Positions 50,512 through 62,140 of a DNA stretch of 64,000 bases are shown here, piece after piece. This DNA is from Spirochaetia bacterium (GTDB lineage: Bacteria > Spirochaetota > Spirochaetia > SZUA-6 > Bin103). The translations under genes were made by a program, and so were the position numbers. The first letter of the stretch is position 1. Every line of letters starts with the position of its first letter. The notes under the pieces were generated by a model that did no database searches, was not told where the DNA came from, and saw only the letters and a program-made list of their open reading frames with translations. The stretch spans positions 768,001-832,000 of the forward strand of contig CBDBOV010000005.1 of assembly GCA_965208575.1 (NCBI GenBank), given 5' to 3'.

Positions 50512-52614
50512 ATGCCGGCGTTGCGCTTTGACGCGGATCTGGATCCGGATGGCCGCTACGCGCGCGACACGGTGGTGGTGAGCCCGGGCGAGGTGCGCGT
50601 CCTGGATAGCGGTGGGCGGGCGCGGGTAACGCTGCCGCGCGCCCGCGTGACCGGCTTCGAGGTGGAGTCGTACGTGTCGAGCGGCGCGTTGTTTGCGCGC
50701 GTGGACGGCGCGGCCCGCGAGCTGGTCCGCTTCACCAACGGACGGATACCGGCGGCCGCGGTGTTCGTCCGCGCTCTGCGCGACGGCGCTGCGCCGCCAT
50801 CGGAGGCGGCCGCGGAGGGTGGGGCGCCGGAGGCCGGCGACACGGGGCACGAGTTTACGCGCTGGTCAGTGTTCCGGCGCACGATGCGGTTCGCGCCGCG
50901 CGCGCCGTTCAAGGTGATGCTTGTGGTGGTCGCGCTGCTGCTGCATACCGCCGCCAACGTCGCCGCGCCCTATCTCGCCGGCACCGTGTTCTTCGATCGC
51001 GTCCTGCACCCCACCGACACGCTGTTCGGTCAGGTCGGGCTGCTGGTGGCGATGATCGCCCTGGTGCGGCTGGTCGAGCTGTGGTTCCGCATCGTGTGGG
51101 CGTGGATCTGGGGCTTGTACCATCATCGCACCGGACTGGGGCTGCGCTCGGCCGTGTTCGCCGGTGTGCACCGGCTGTCGCTGGGCTTCTTTTCCAACAA
51201 CCTCACCGGGGCGCTGCTCAACCGCATGAACAGGGACATGAACGGGGTGGGCTCGCTGCTCGGTACCAGCGCGCCGGACGGCTTCGTGCAGGCGGTGATG
51301 ATCGCCGGCAGTCTGACCGTGATGGCGGTACTCGACCTGCGGCTGGCCGGTCTGGCGTTCGCCGCGCTGCCGCTGTACGTGTGGATCGTGCACCGGGTCG
51401 AACCCGCCCTGGGTCCCGGAGTCAGCCGCGGCTACCGCGCCGAGTGGGAGGTGGCGGCGGCGGCGGACGACTCGTTCATGGGTGCCCGCGTGGTGCGCGC
51501 GTTCGGCGGCGAGGCGCAGGAGCGGGAGCGGTTCCGGCGCACCAACGAGTGGGCGGCGAGCGAGGAGTACCAGCGCATGGCCCTGACCGGCACGGTGTTC
51601 CCGCTCGGCGAGCTGCTGCTCCAGGTCGGCCTGCTGCTGGTGTGGGCGGCGGGGGCGTGGTGGGTGATCGGCGGCACGGTACCGTTCGGCGTCCTGATGA
51701 GCTTCGTGGGATACCTCACGCTGATGTGGGAGCAGCTCGGCAGCGCCGGCGCCGTGATCGGCGACTGGATCTACGCCACCAGCGGCATGCACCGCATGGT
51801 CCGCATCCTCGGCGCCCGCCCGACGGTGGTGGAACCGCCCGCCGCCCCCGCCCGCACGCTGCGCGGACACGTGCGCCTGCAGCGGGTGACGTTCAGCTAC
51901 GAGCCCAACAAGCCGGTGCTGCACGCCGTCGATCTGCACGCCGCGGCCGGCGAGATGGTGGGGCTGGTGGGTCACACCGGGGCCGGCAAGTCGACCATCG
52001 TCAACCTGATCACCCGGCTGTACGACGTCGACGAAGGTGCGGTACTGCTCGACGGCACCGACGTGCGCCGCATCGCGACCGCCGACCTGCGCCGCCAGAT
52101 CGGGATCGTGCTGCAGGATCCCTACCTGTTCGCCGCTTCGGTGGCCGACAACATCCGCTACGCGGTACCCGACGCGGACGGCGCCGCGGTGATCGCCGCG
52201 GCCGAGGCAGCGCATGCGCACGACTTCATCGTGCGGCTGCCGGAGGGCTACGACACCATCATCGGACAGGGCGGCCACGGCCTGTCGGGCGGCGAGCAGC
52301 AGCGGCTGGCGATCGCCCGCGCCGTGCTGCTGGATCCGCCGGTGCTGATCCTGGACGAGGCCACCTCGTCGGTGGACACGGAGACCGAGCTGCACATTCA
52401 GCGGGCGCTCGCGCGCCTGGTCAGCGGCCGCACGACGATCGCCATCGCCCACCGGCTGTCGACGCTGCGGCAGGCAGACCGGCTGTACGTAGTGGATCAC
52501 GGACGCATCGTGGAGCAGGGCAGCCACGACGAACTCATGGCAGCGGGCGGCACGTACCACCGGCTGGTGCAGACCCAGTTGCGCGCCCTGCACGCCATCG
52601 CCATCGGCGAGTAG
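50512..52614 (+). CDS. ABC exporter permease/ATPase with extra N-terminal beta-rich domain
   Basis: GHTGAGKST, LSGGEQQRL, ILDEATSS; ~110-aa N-terminal extension; start 50512 or 50428. Confidence 0.9.
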   Translation: MPALRFDADLDPDGRYARDTVVVSPGEVRVLDSGGRARVTLPRARVTGFEVESYVSSGALFARVDGAARELVRFTNGRIPAAAVFVRALRDGAAPPSEAAAEGGAPEAGDTGHEFTRWSVFRRTMRFAPRAPFKVMLVVVALLLHTAANVAAPYLAGTVFFDRVLHPTDTLFGQVGLLVAMIALVRLVELWFRIVWAWIWGLYHHRTGLGLRSAVFAGVHRLSLGFFSNNLTGALLNRMNRDMNGVGSLLGTSAPDGFVQAVMIAGSLTVMAVLDLRLAGLAFAALPLYVWIVHRVEPALGPGVSRGYRAEWEVAAAADDSFMGARVVRAFGGEAQERERFRRTNEWAASEEYQRMALTGTVFPLGELLLQVGLLLVWAAGAWWVIGGTVPFGVLMSFVGYLTLMWEQLGSAGAVIGDWIYATSGMHRMVRILGARPTVVEPPAAPARTLRGHVRLQRVTFSYEPNKPVLHAVDLHAAAGEMVGLVGHTGAGKSTIVNLITRLYDVDEGAVLLDGTDVRRIATADLRRQIGIVLQDPYLFAASVADNIRYAVPDADGAAVIAAAEAAHAHDFIVRLPEGYDTIIGQGGHGLSGGEQQRLAIARAVLLDPPVLILDEATSSVDTETELHIQRALARLVSGRTTIAIAHRLSTLRQADRLYVVDHGRIVEQGSHDELMAAGGTYHRLVQTQLRALHAIAIGE

Positions 52615-52624
52615 GGGGTACGCA

Positions 52625-53130
52625 ATGCGGTTTCTGGAACCTGACCAACTGCGGCTCACGCGCACCGCGGGCGGCGTGCTCAGCCTCGCCGTAGCCGGCG
52701 GCACGCACGACGAGCACCACCGGCACGACGAGCACTACGAGCACGTCGACGCCTACCGCGTGTTCCCGCTCAGCGACGGCGCACGCTGGATCTCGCTGCG
52801 CGTGCACGGCGGCGCCGAGATTGGCGTCGTGCGCCGCCCGGACCAGCTCCCCGAGGAGCAGCGGCGGCTACTGGAAGAGGAGTTGGAGCGGCGCTACTTC
52901 GCGCCGCGGATCCTGACCATCGAGTCGCTGGTGGAGAAGTTCGGCGAGTCGCATTGGCGCGTCGTGACCAGCGCCGGGCCGGTCCGGTTTCGGGTGCGCA
53001 GCGACCACACGCAGATCCGCGAGATAGCCGGCGGCGTGCTGCTGATCAGCGACGTGGACGGCAATCGCTACCTGCTGGAGCATCGCGAGCGCCTGCCACG
53101 CCAGATCCTGAAGCGGATCGAGGAGCAGAT

Positions 53131-53134
<4 letters not shown>
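52625..53134 (+). CDS. DUF1854-like protein
   Basis: YRVFPLSDGARWISL...EIG...LEEELERRYFAPRI..I......W.V.T..G...F...D..GNRY pattern; between two ABC genes. Confidence 0.8.
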
Positions 53135-55428
<2,294 letters not shown>

Positions 55429-55565
55429 GCGCCCCCGGCATGGTCAGCCAGTAGTCGATCGCCGAGGACGACCGCTGGCTGCCGGACCCCAATTTGCGCG
55501 AGTGGTGTGCGAGGCTTCTCCGCGGGCAGCGTTCACAAGTGGCGTATCTGGTATGGGCAGGGTTA

Positions 55566-56036
55566 TCAACGCCGGCTCTTGAACAGGACGTGAGCAGCAA
55601 ATGCGCGCCGGTATTGAATGGGTGCGACTTCAAACCCCTGGATGGCAACCCGAGCCTCAGCGATGCGCGCAACGACGTCGGATTTGAAACCTGCCCAATG
55701 CGGGTCATAGTCTGCCTCGTGACGCTCATCTTGGAGATTGACGAACAACTGCGCGAAGGCACGTATCGCCGTCGGGAATGAGCTCATCTCTCGTCTCTGC
55801 CTGCACGCTTCTCTCGTCCTGCGGTGGTCGAGCGCACGGTACGCGCGCCGCCATGGGGCCGTGCTCCTCACTGCAGTGCTGCTACCGACGATTGCATCCG
55901 CACAACACTTCGCCAAGCAATGAAAGAGCGAGTAGTAGACGGTGCTCGTCGCGCGGCGAAGATCGGATTCGAGGGGCCGTCCGCGCCCGCCGGCCAACTG
56001 CTTCTCAGCCGACGTCAGGAAGTCAGACGCCTTCAG
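55566..56036 (-). CDS. HEPN-like protein (putative toxin)
   Basis: DLRRATSTVYYSLFH and LQDERHEADY motifs; apparent CTG start overlapping the upstream gene, start uncertain. Confidence 0.7.
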   Translation of the reverse strand: MKASDFLTSAEKQLAGGRGRPLESDLRRATSTVYYSLFHCLAKCCADAIVGSSTAVRSTAPWRRAYRALDHRRTREACRQRREMSSFPTAIRAFAQLFVNLQDERHEADYDPHWAGFKSDVVARIAEARVAIQGFEVAPIQYRRAFAAHVLFKSRR

Positions 56037-56334
56037 GTCGCCAGTCCCCTGCGTCGGACTTCGTAATGAAGTGCATCTTGGGCGCAGCATCCATGCCCAT
56101 GTCCCAAAGGGCATCGGCGACACGAACGCGGAACCTCGGTATCTCCTGAGTTTGGAGTTGTTCCACGTCGCTGTCGTAAATGGCCCATATCTCCAGGACG
56201 TCATCACCGTACGCTGACTCACGAGCTTGTACCCATATGTCCGTGAAGGCGACCTGAGCGAACGCCTCCCGGACCATGATCTCAATGGTATCCTTGATGT
56301 GACCCATGTTCTGGTCGGTGGCAGTTCTGTTCAT
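56023..56334 (-). CDS. Small protein upstream of the HEPN-like gene (putative antitoxin)
   Basis: 103 aa, acidic (YGDDVLEIWAIYD), overlaps the HEPN ORF; role inferred from position. Confidence 0.55.
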   Translation of the reverse strand: MNRTATDQNMGHIKDTIEIMVREAFAQVAFTDIWVQARESAYGDDVLEIWAIYDSDVEQLQTQEIPRFRVRVADALWDMGMDAAPKMHFITKSDAGDWRPEGV

Positions 56335-56616
56335 GGTACCCTCGCGTGCCTGCGGGCCGGACTGCCTCGATCTTGAGGTTTGCTCATCCTTTCTCCTTTC
56401 TGCCGGCTCCGGCGACTGACGTACTCAATGGGAGCAGATCACCCTCTTTGTCAAGCTTGGATCTGAACATCCAGGCCGCTTTGTCTCGCGCGCCGAAAAC
56501 GACTTCGGCATCATCCTGAGGGACATCCTACCGACCCTTACCGGCGAGCACCAGTAGATTCGCCGCACTCAACGCAGGGTACACCGAGATCGGCGCCGGC
56601 GTCGCGGACTGCGCGG

Positions 56617-57663
56617 TCAGAGGTGGCGGGCGAGAAAGTCGTAGGCCAGGCGCCCGCTGATCTGGTGGCGGCCGTCGAACTCGTCGATGGCGAATGCCTC
56701 CTCGGCTCCGAAGGCGCGCCACGCGGCCCTGGCCCGATGCACCGTCGCGCGCACCCCTTCGATCGGAAAGTCGGTGTCGCGCCGGCCCGCCTCGACCAGG
56801 CAGGGGCGCGGGGCGAGCAGACCGGCGAAGTCGCTGAGCTCGCCGTGCGCGAGCAGGCCGGGTACGTAGTTGCAGGTGCAGTGGTGGAACGTGAGGATGC
56901 TGTGCCGCCAGTCGCAGAAGTAGCCCGAGATCACGCAGGCACGGATGCGGGGGTCGCAGGCGGTGGAGAAGTAGGTGTGCGCACCGCCGCCGGAGATGCC
57001 CATGGCGCCCAGCCGGGCGATGTCCGCCTCCGGGCGCGTGGCCAGGTAGTCGACCGCGCGCATGCCGTCCCACACGCGCAGGCCCATCGCCGAGCCGCCG
57101 AGCATGATCGCGTAAGTGGTGGCGTTGTGGCAGGTGGCGGGCGCGCGGCCGGTGAGTTCGCCGGCAAGCGCCGAGTAATTGGCACGCCGCTCGCCGAAGC
57201 AGCTTATCTCGGGCGCGACGACCACGAAGCCGCGCTCGGCGAGGGCGCAGCCGAAGTCCTTGTGGTAGCCGTCGGGCTGCCACCGCTCGGAGCCGTCCTC
57301 CCACAGCCCGACGATGTCGCGCACGCCGTAGCCGTGGCCGTGCAGGGCCAGCACGCACGGCGCCGGCCCGTCCAGGCCCTTCGGCACCAGCACCCATACC
57401 GGCATCGTCGCATCCGGCCAGGTGCGCAGCACGACGCGCTCCCGCAGGTAGGACCCGCGGTCCACCGTGTGCTCCAGCTCGGCCTCTACCGGCGGCGCCG
57501 GCCCGTCCAGAAAACCCAGCCCTCGGGCGAGTATGGGCGCGGCGTGCTGCTGCCACGCGCGGGCCGCGTCGGCGGTGGCGGCGGTGAAGGCGCAGTCGCG
57601 CGGTGCACCGGCATGCAGCGCATCCAACAGCCGGAGCGGGTCGAATTCGGTTCGCTGGCTCAT
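56617..57663 (-). CDS. Alpha/beta hydrolase (dienelactone hydrolase / acetylxylan esterase-like)
   Basis: LALHGHG, nucleophile GISGGG, LLAPRP, Asp in GRRD, His in FDGRHQ; ATG 57663. Confidence 0.88.
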   Translation of the reverse strand: MSQRTEFDPLRLLDALHAGAPRDCAFTAATADAARAWQQHAAPILARGLGFLDGPAPPVEAELEHTVDRGSYLRERVVLRTWPDATMPVWVLVPKGLDGPAPCVLALHGHGYGVRDIVGLWEDGSERWQPDGYHKDFGCALAERGFVVVAPEISCFGERRANYSALAGELTGRAPATCHNATTYAIMLGGSAMGLRVWDGMRAVDYLATRPEADIARLGAMGISGGGAHTYFSTACDPRIRACVISGYFCDWRHSILTFHHCTCNYVPGLLAHGELSDFAGLLAPRPCLVEAGRRDTDFPIEGVRATVHRARAAWRAFGAEEAFAIDEFDGRHQISGRLAYDFLARHL

Positions 57664-57745
57664 GCTGCTACTGTGGGCGTGGTGCGGCCTGGTGGCAAGC
57701 AGCCGGCCGTGAGATACCGCGCAGCACGCGCACGCCGCCCCGTAA

Positions 57746-57806
57746 CCTATTGCCTCACGTAAAAATCTAACCTTACGGTGAGCGTGCCTCACGTAAGAAT
57801 CTAACC
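57746..57806. repeat. Left terminal inverted repeat with two tandem binding-site copies
   Basis: CCTATTGCCTCACGTAAAAATCTAACC ... TGCCTCACGTAAGAATCTAACC. Confidence 0.85.
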
Positions 57807-58043
57807 GAAAGGGAGGCGGAGAACGAGGGGGGAGCGCGAGGGGGGAGACTCATAAATTGTGGATAAGTGGATAGGCTGCTGGGCGACCGGCCGGGTTGAT
57901 TCAAGCACACCAACGCGACCGGGGGCGTATCTGGTTGGTCGGCGCGGATGAGGAGGCGTCAACGGCAGGGAGGTGGTCGGTGCCGTGTCGTGTCGCTGAC
58001 CGAAGAGGGGGCGGACGGGTCTGGAGGCGACTTCGGTGCTGGT

Positions 58044-58175
58044 GACACGGGGATGTCCAGACACCACCTCGTGTCGCGGAGAGGCCTTACAGCGCGGCTG
58101 AGGCGACATTTCTTGACGCCGACCGTCTGGCTCACGGATATACGGGCGTCAGAGACGCTCAGAAGTCATTTGCCG
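58044..58175. repeat. Internal structured direct repeat, copy A
   Basis: 64-bp core 58044-58107 matches 60016-60079 at 59/64; weaker similarity continues to GTCATTTGCCG. Confidence 0.85.
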
Positions 58176-58409
58176 AGCCGGGTGATGCCGCCCACGCCGC
58201 GAGCGGCGCGCAGGTTGCTGCGGAGCGCACGGAGCGAGGCGCCCCGGACAACTGCACCGAGGTGCGTTGCCCGGGGCAGGGTCATGACAATTCCCCACCG
58301 CCGGGACGGGGTAGGCGACGAGGTTGCGACACCGGAGCCGTCGGGATCGAACGGGGCGGAGGAGATGCTGTACCCCGCTGACGGACGGAGGGCGTAGCCC
58401 GACCGGAGT

Positions 58410-59985
58410 CAGCCGGCGCGGTGCCGTGGAGGCCACCGTGGACGACGCCGAGATGGCGGACCAGGCAGCCAAGCTGCTCGCTTCCGGGATGAGCGGCTCA
58501 GCCTGCGCTCGCGAACTCGGCATCCCGGTGAGCACCTTCAACGAGAACCGCCGCGCCGGCGTCATCACAGATCCCACCCGGGAGCCCGCCGCCAGCGCCG
58601 AGGTTGCGCCGGCGGCCACCACCACTGATCACCCGGTCAGCACCGCCGCCGCGGTCAGCGACCCGGCGGTCGCCACTGAGCGCGCCAGCCGCGACGCCCG
58701 CGACAAGCACGCGCCCATGGGCCGCGCGGCGCGCGACGTGGAACGCCGCACGCTCGCCAGAGCCGGCCTGCTGACCGAGGCCACACCAGCGTTCGTCGAG
58801 CCCGCCCACGCGGTCGCTGGCGGCGGCGTGCTGGCCGCACTGGCGATGCTGCTGCGCGAGGGCCTGCTCACCGCCGCCAACCGCCTGTTCCGCCTGCCGG
58901 CCGGATTCTACGGCCTGACCACCATCCTCCTGTTCGTCGCCTGCATGACCCTGGCCCGGGTGCGCAACCCCGAGAGCCTGCGCTACCAGGCACCCGGCGA
59001 GTGGGGCGCCATCCTCGGCCTCGACCGCTGTCCGGAGACCAAGACGCTGCGCCGCAAGATCAGGCTGCTGGCCAGCGCCGAGCACACCGTGCGCGATTGG
59101 CAATCGGTACTGGCGCGTACCTGGGCCAGCGAGCACGACGACGACTGGACGACGCTGGCCGTGGATGGCCACGTGAAGGTGTACACCGGGCGCAACGGGC
59201 GGTTGCCGAAACACTTCGTCGCACGCCAGAAGCTGTGTCTGCCGGCGTCGGTGAGCTACTGGATCAACGCCCTCGGCGGCGCACCGCTGCTGTGCCTGCA
59301 CAAGGCGCTGGACCCGAAGCCGGTGAATGCGATCAAGCACGACGTGGTGCCGCAGTTGCAGCACCTGGGGGTGGTGACCGAAGCGGCCCCCGACCTGACC
59401 GGAGCACCGGCCGGTACCCCGCAGCTGACCCTGGTGTTCGACCGCGAGGGCTGGAGCCCGGACCTGTTCAAGCGCCTGGCCCGGCGTGGCATCGCCTGCA
59501 TCACCTGGCACAAGAACTTCAACGGCGCGGACTGGCTGCCGGAAGACTTCCACACCTTCGAGGTACCGATCCATGGTCCCGCCGGCACCAGCACGACTGC
59601 GGTTGATCTGGCCGAGCAGCCGATCATGCTGCGCAACGGGCTGGTGGTGCGCCAGATCCGGCGGCGTCTGGCCAACGGTCGTCAGGTGGCGGTGATCACC
59701 ACGCACCCGCAGATGCCGTTGGCGCAGGTCGCCGGCGCCATGTTCTCGCGCTGGTCGCAGGAGAACTTCTTCAAGTACCTGCGCGAGCAGTTCAACCTTG
59801 ACGCGCTGCCGAGCCATGACCTTGCGCCGCCGGAGCCCGACGCACGGGTCGTGAACCGGTGCGCCGGGCCCTGGAAAAGAGCATCAGGCGGGTACGCAGC
59901 CGGCTGGCAGCGGTCCGCAATCGCCTCGCCGAGGCACTGCAGGGACGGCACCGGGACTCCGCCACCCGGCTTACGGTCGCGGATA
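58410..59985 (+). pseudogene. Truncated, frameshifted DDE-type transposase of a different family
   Basis: HTH remnant, GLDRCPETKTLRRK, LAVDGHVKVY, VFDREGWS, MFSRWSQENFFKY; frameshift near 59857; no termini or own IRs seen. Confidence 0.75.
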
Positions 59986-60015
59986 AAGTTGCACTGAATT
60001 GCATGGTTATGCATA

Positions 60016-60150
60016 GACACGGGAGTATCCAGACACCACCTCGTGTCGTGGAGGGGCCTTACAGCGCGGCTGAGGCGACGTTTTCTCATCGCTGACCGCC
60101 CATTCTCCGATTATCGACCGTCAGACCCGCCTGAGAGGGTCATTTTGCCG
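60016..60150. repeat. Internal structured direct repeat, copy B (abuts the ISNCY transposase stop)
   Basis: GACACGGGAGTATCCAGACACCACCTCGTGTCGTGGAGGGGCCTTACAGCGCGGCTGAGGCGAC. Confidence 0.85.
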
Positions 60151-61414
60151 TGCGACCGCTGCCACCACGCTCCTCGCTCGGTGTTTGCACCGTGCTTGGT
60201 GCGGCCTTGGCGGTCTTGCTGACGTTCAGCTGCAGCAGATCCTCGGTCAACCTGGTCAGCTCGCGCTTGAGGGCGACCGGATTCAACGTCGCGTACTGCT
60301 GCTTGAGGCGGTTCTTCACCTTCTCGCTCACCGACTCGGAGGCCAGCATGCGGTGATACGGCGTCTGCGGGTCGTCATAGATGCGGCGCACCTTGCTGCC
60401 GGTGCGGGTTTTCTTCACCAGCTTCACCGAGGGATAGAAGAAGTTCACCAGCAGGCACAGCGGGCGGTATATCGCGTTGAGGGCAGCCAGTTCCCGGTCG
60501 GTGTCGTAACGCAGGTGGCCGACCGCCCGTCGCACCACGTGGCCATTCTTCTGCTCGACGTAGCAGGTGTCGTTCTTGCGATGCGGGCGACCCCGAGTGA
60601 ACGTGATGCCGTGCGCTTCGCAATAGCGCAGCAAATGATGATTGATGAACTCGCTGCCGTTGTCGGTGTCGATCCCCCGCATCACGATCGGCAGGCTCTG
60701 CCGGGCAGCGTCGATCGCCTCGTGGGTCCAGCGCTGCGCCTTGTTCTGCACGCCGTACAGGTCGACCCAGCCGGTGTCAACGTCGGTGATGGTGAGCGTG
60801 TGGCAGAAGTCGCCTGACGCGTTGCCGCCTTCATGGCCCACCAAGTCGATCTCGAAGAAGCCCGGCTCCTGCTCGTCCCAGTCAGCGAAGGTTCGGATCG
60901 CGATCTGATCCTTCAGGAGGGTGCCCGGCTTGGTGTGCGTGCGACCCTTCAGGCGCAGCCGTGCGCGCTCCTGCTGCAGCAGCCGGTCGATGGTCGCGGC
61001 GCTGATGGTCTGCAGCTTGCCGCGCACCGCTGCGGTCAGCTCGATCTCGCCGAACGACTCCAGCGTCGGCAGCATGGTGCGCAGCACGACCACCAGGCGC
61101 TTGCCGCACATGCAGTCGAACACGTACCAGATCAGCTTCAGAGCGACCAGCACCTCCTGGTCGTAGCGCCGCGGTCGCACGCGGCGCTGGGCAGGCCGCG
61201 GACGCCCGACCACCAGCTTCACCAGTGTGCCGTCGACTCGCACCATGCGGGTCCGTCCCCACCAGGTCAACAGATGGATCGCGTACTTGCGCTGGTACCC
61301 GGTCGACTCGACGAACTCGTCGAGTATGCGCCCCTTCTCCTTCTTGCCCGCCCGACGATACCGCTGCGCGTGCTGCTCGGTGAGCTCTCGCCTTGAACTC
61401 ATCTTCAACCCCAT
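60140..61414 (-). CDS. ISNCY-type transposase (rve integrase core)
   Basis: RYRRAGKKEKGRILDEF, SAATIDRLL, DDE triad in EIDLVGH / DTDNGSEF / CYVEQKN; GGAGG RBS. Confidence 0.92.
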   Translation of the reverse strand: MGLKMSSRRELTEQHAQRYRRAGKKEKGRILDEFVESTGYQRKYAIHLLTWWGRTRMVRVDGTLVKLVVGRPRPAQRRVRPRRYDQEVLVALKLIWYVFDCMCGKRLVVVLRTMLPTLESFGEIELTAAVRGKLQTISAATIDRLLQQERARLRLKGRTHTKPGTLLKDQIAIRTFADWDEQEPGFFEIDLVGHEGGNASGDFCHTLTITDVDTGWVDLYGVQNKAQRWTHEAIDAARQSLPIVMRGIDTDNGSEFINHHLLRYCEAHGITFTRGRPHRKNDTCYVEQKNGHVVRRAVGHLRYDTDRELAALNAIYRPLCLLVNFFYPSVKLVKKTRTGSKVRRIYDDPQTPYHRMLASESVSEKVKNRLKQQYATLNPVALKRELTRLTEDLLQLNVSKTAKAAPSTVQTPSEERGGSGRTAK

Positions 61415-61480
61415 CTCCTCCGGAACCTCCTCACGTCCCTCGGAGAGGCTCCAACCGGACCCGGAAGGTCCAGCCCGTTC

Positions 61481-61540
61481 GGTTAGATTTTTAGATGAGG
61501 CATGCTTTCGCTACGGTTAGATTTTCGATGAGTCAATGCG
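61481..61540. repeat. Right terminal inverted repeat with two tandem binding-site copies
   Basis: GGTTAGATTTTTAGATGAGGCA ... GGTTAGATTTTCGATGAGTCAATGCG. Confidence 0.85.
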
Positions 61541-61545
61541 CGTAA

Positions 61546-61574
61546 TTGACTTAGTTTAGTCTAATCGTTATCGT
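61546..61574 (+). promoter_or_regulatory. Promoter/operator of the phd-vapC pair
   Basis: TTGACT-17-TATCGT with GACT-N6-AGTC inverted repeat; GGAGG RBS downstream. Confidence 0.55.
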
Positions 61575-61597
61575 AGGCATCCAGCGAGGAGGCGACC

Positions 61598-61831
61598 GTG
61601 ACCACCGTCAACATCCACCAGGCGAAGACCCACCTCTCCCGGCTTCTGGTCAGGGTTGCCGAGGGCGAGGAAGTAGTCATTGCCCGTGCCGGAACACCCG
61701 TTGCCCGGCTCACCCGCTATACGGGGGCCAAGCCGCGCCGCATCCTGGGCCGCGACGAGGGTCTGTTCGAGGTACCCGATGACTTCGACGCGCCGCTGCC
61801 GCCCGACGTGCTCGCCGGCTTCGAGTCGTGA
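61598..61831 (+). CDS. Phd/YefM family antitoxin
   Basis: VNIHQAKTHLSRLL.RV..GEEVVIARAGTPVARL, DDFDAPLP. Confidence 0.92.
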   Translation: MTTVNIHQAKTHLSRLLVRVAEGEEVVIARAGTPVARLTRYTGAKPRRILGRDEGLFEVPDDFDAPLPPDVLAGFES

Positions 61832-62118
61832 AGGTACTGCTGGACACGCATGTGTGGCTCTGGAGCGTGGTGTACCGTCTCGGCAGGCTGGACCTTCCAG
61901 AGCCTCCCGCGATGTTCATTGAGCCGCGGTTGGTCCGCGACGGTATCGAGTCGCTGCCGATCGAGCACCGTCATGCCTGCAGGGTGGCGGAGCTGCCCGA
62001 GCACCACCGCGACCCGTTCGACCGGCTGCTCGTTGCCGTGGCGCAACTGGAATCGCTCACGCTCGCAACGACCGATCCGGCACTTGAACACTACGACGTT
62101 CCGCTTCTGATGACCTGA
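61828..62118 (+). pseudogene. vapC: VapC PIN toxin with probable internal in-frame deletion
   Basis: LLDTHVWLWS joined directly to VVYRLGRL; HHRDPFDRLL retained; only 96 aa. Confidence 0.7.
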
Positions 62119-62140
62119 GCGCGAGGATCGGCGCCGTGGG

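Larger units (their letters stand above)
57746..61540 (-). mobile_element. Composite ISNCY-type (rve integrase) element, 3795 bp, with internal cargo
   Basis: 5-bp TSD CGTAA (57741-57745 and 61541-61545); each end has two tandem copies of TG(C/A)CTCA...AATCTAACC in inverted orientation. Confidence 0.82.

Noticed and set aside
55455-55520. SIAEDDRWLPDPNLREW, reminiscent of an LRR N-cap
   Set aside because: Too short, preceded by a stop, no LRR repeats follow
58166-58285. 39-aa minus-strand ORF (MTLPRATH...TRLGK) ending at the same repeat position as the ISNCY transposase stop
   Set aside because: No RBS or recognisable similarity; not supportable as a gene
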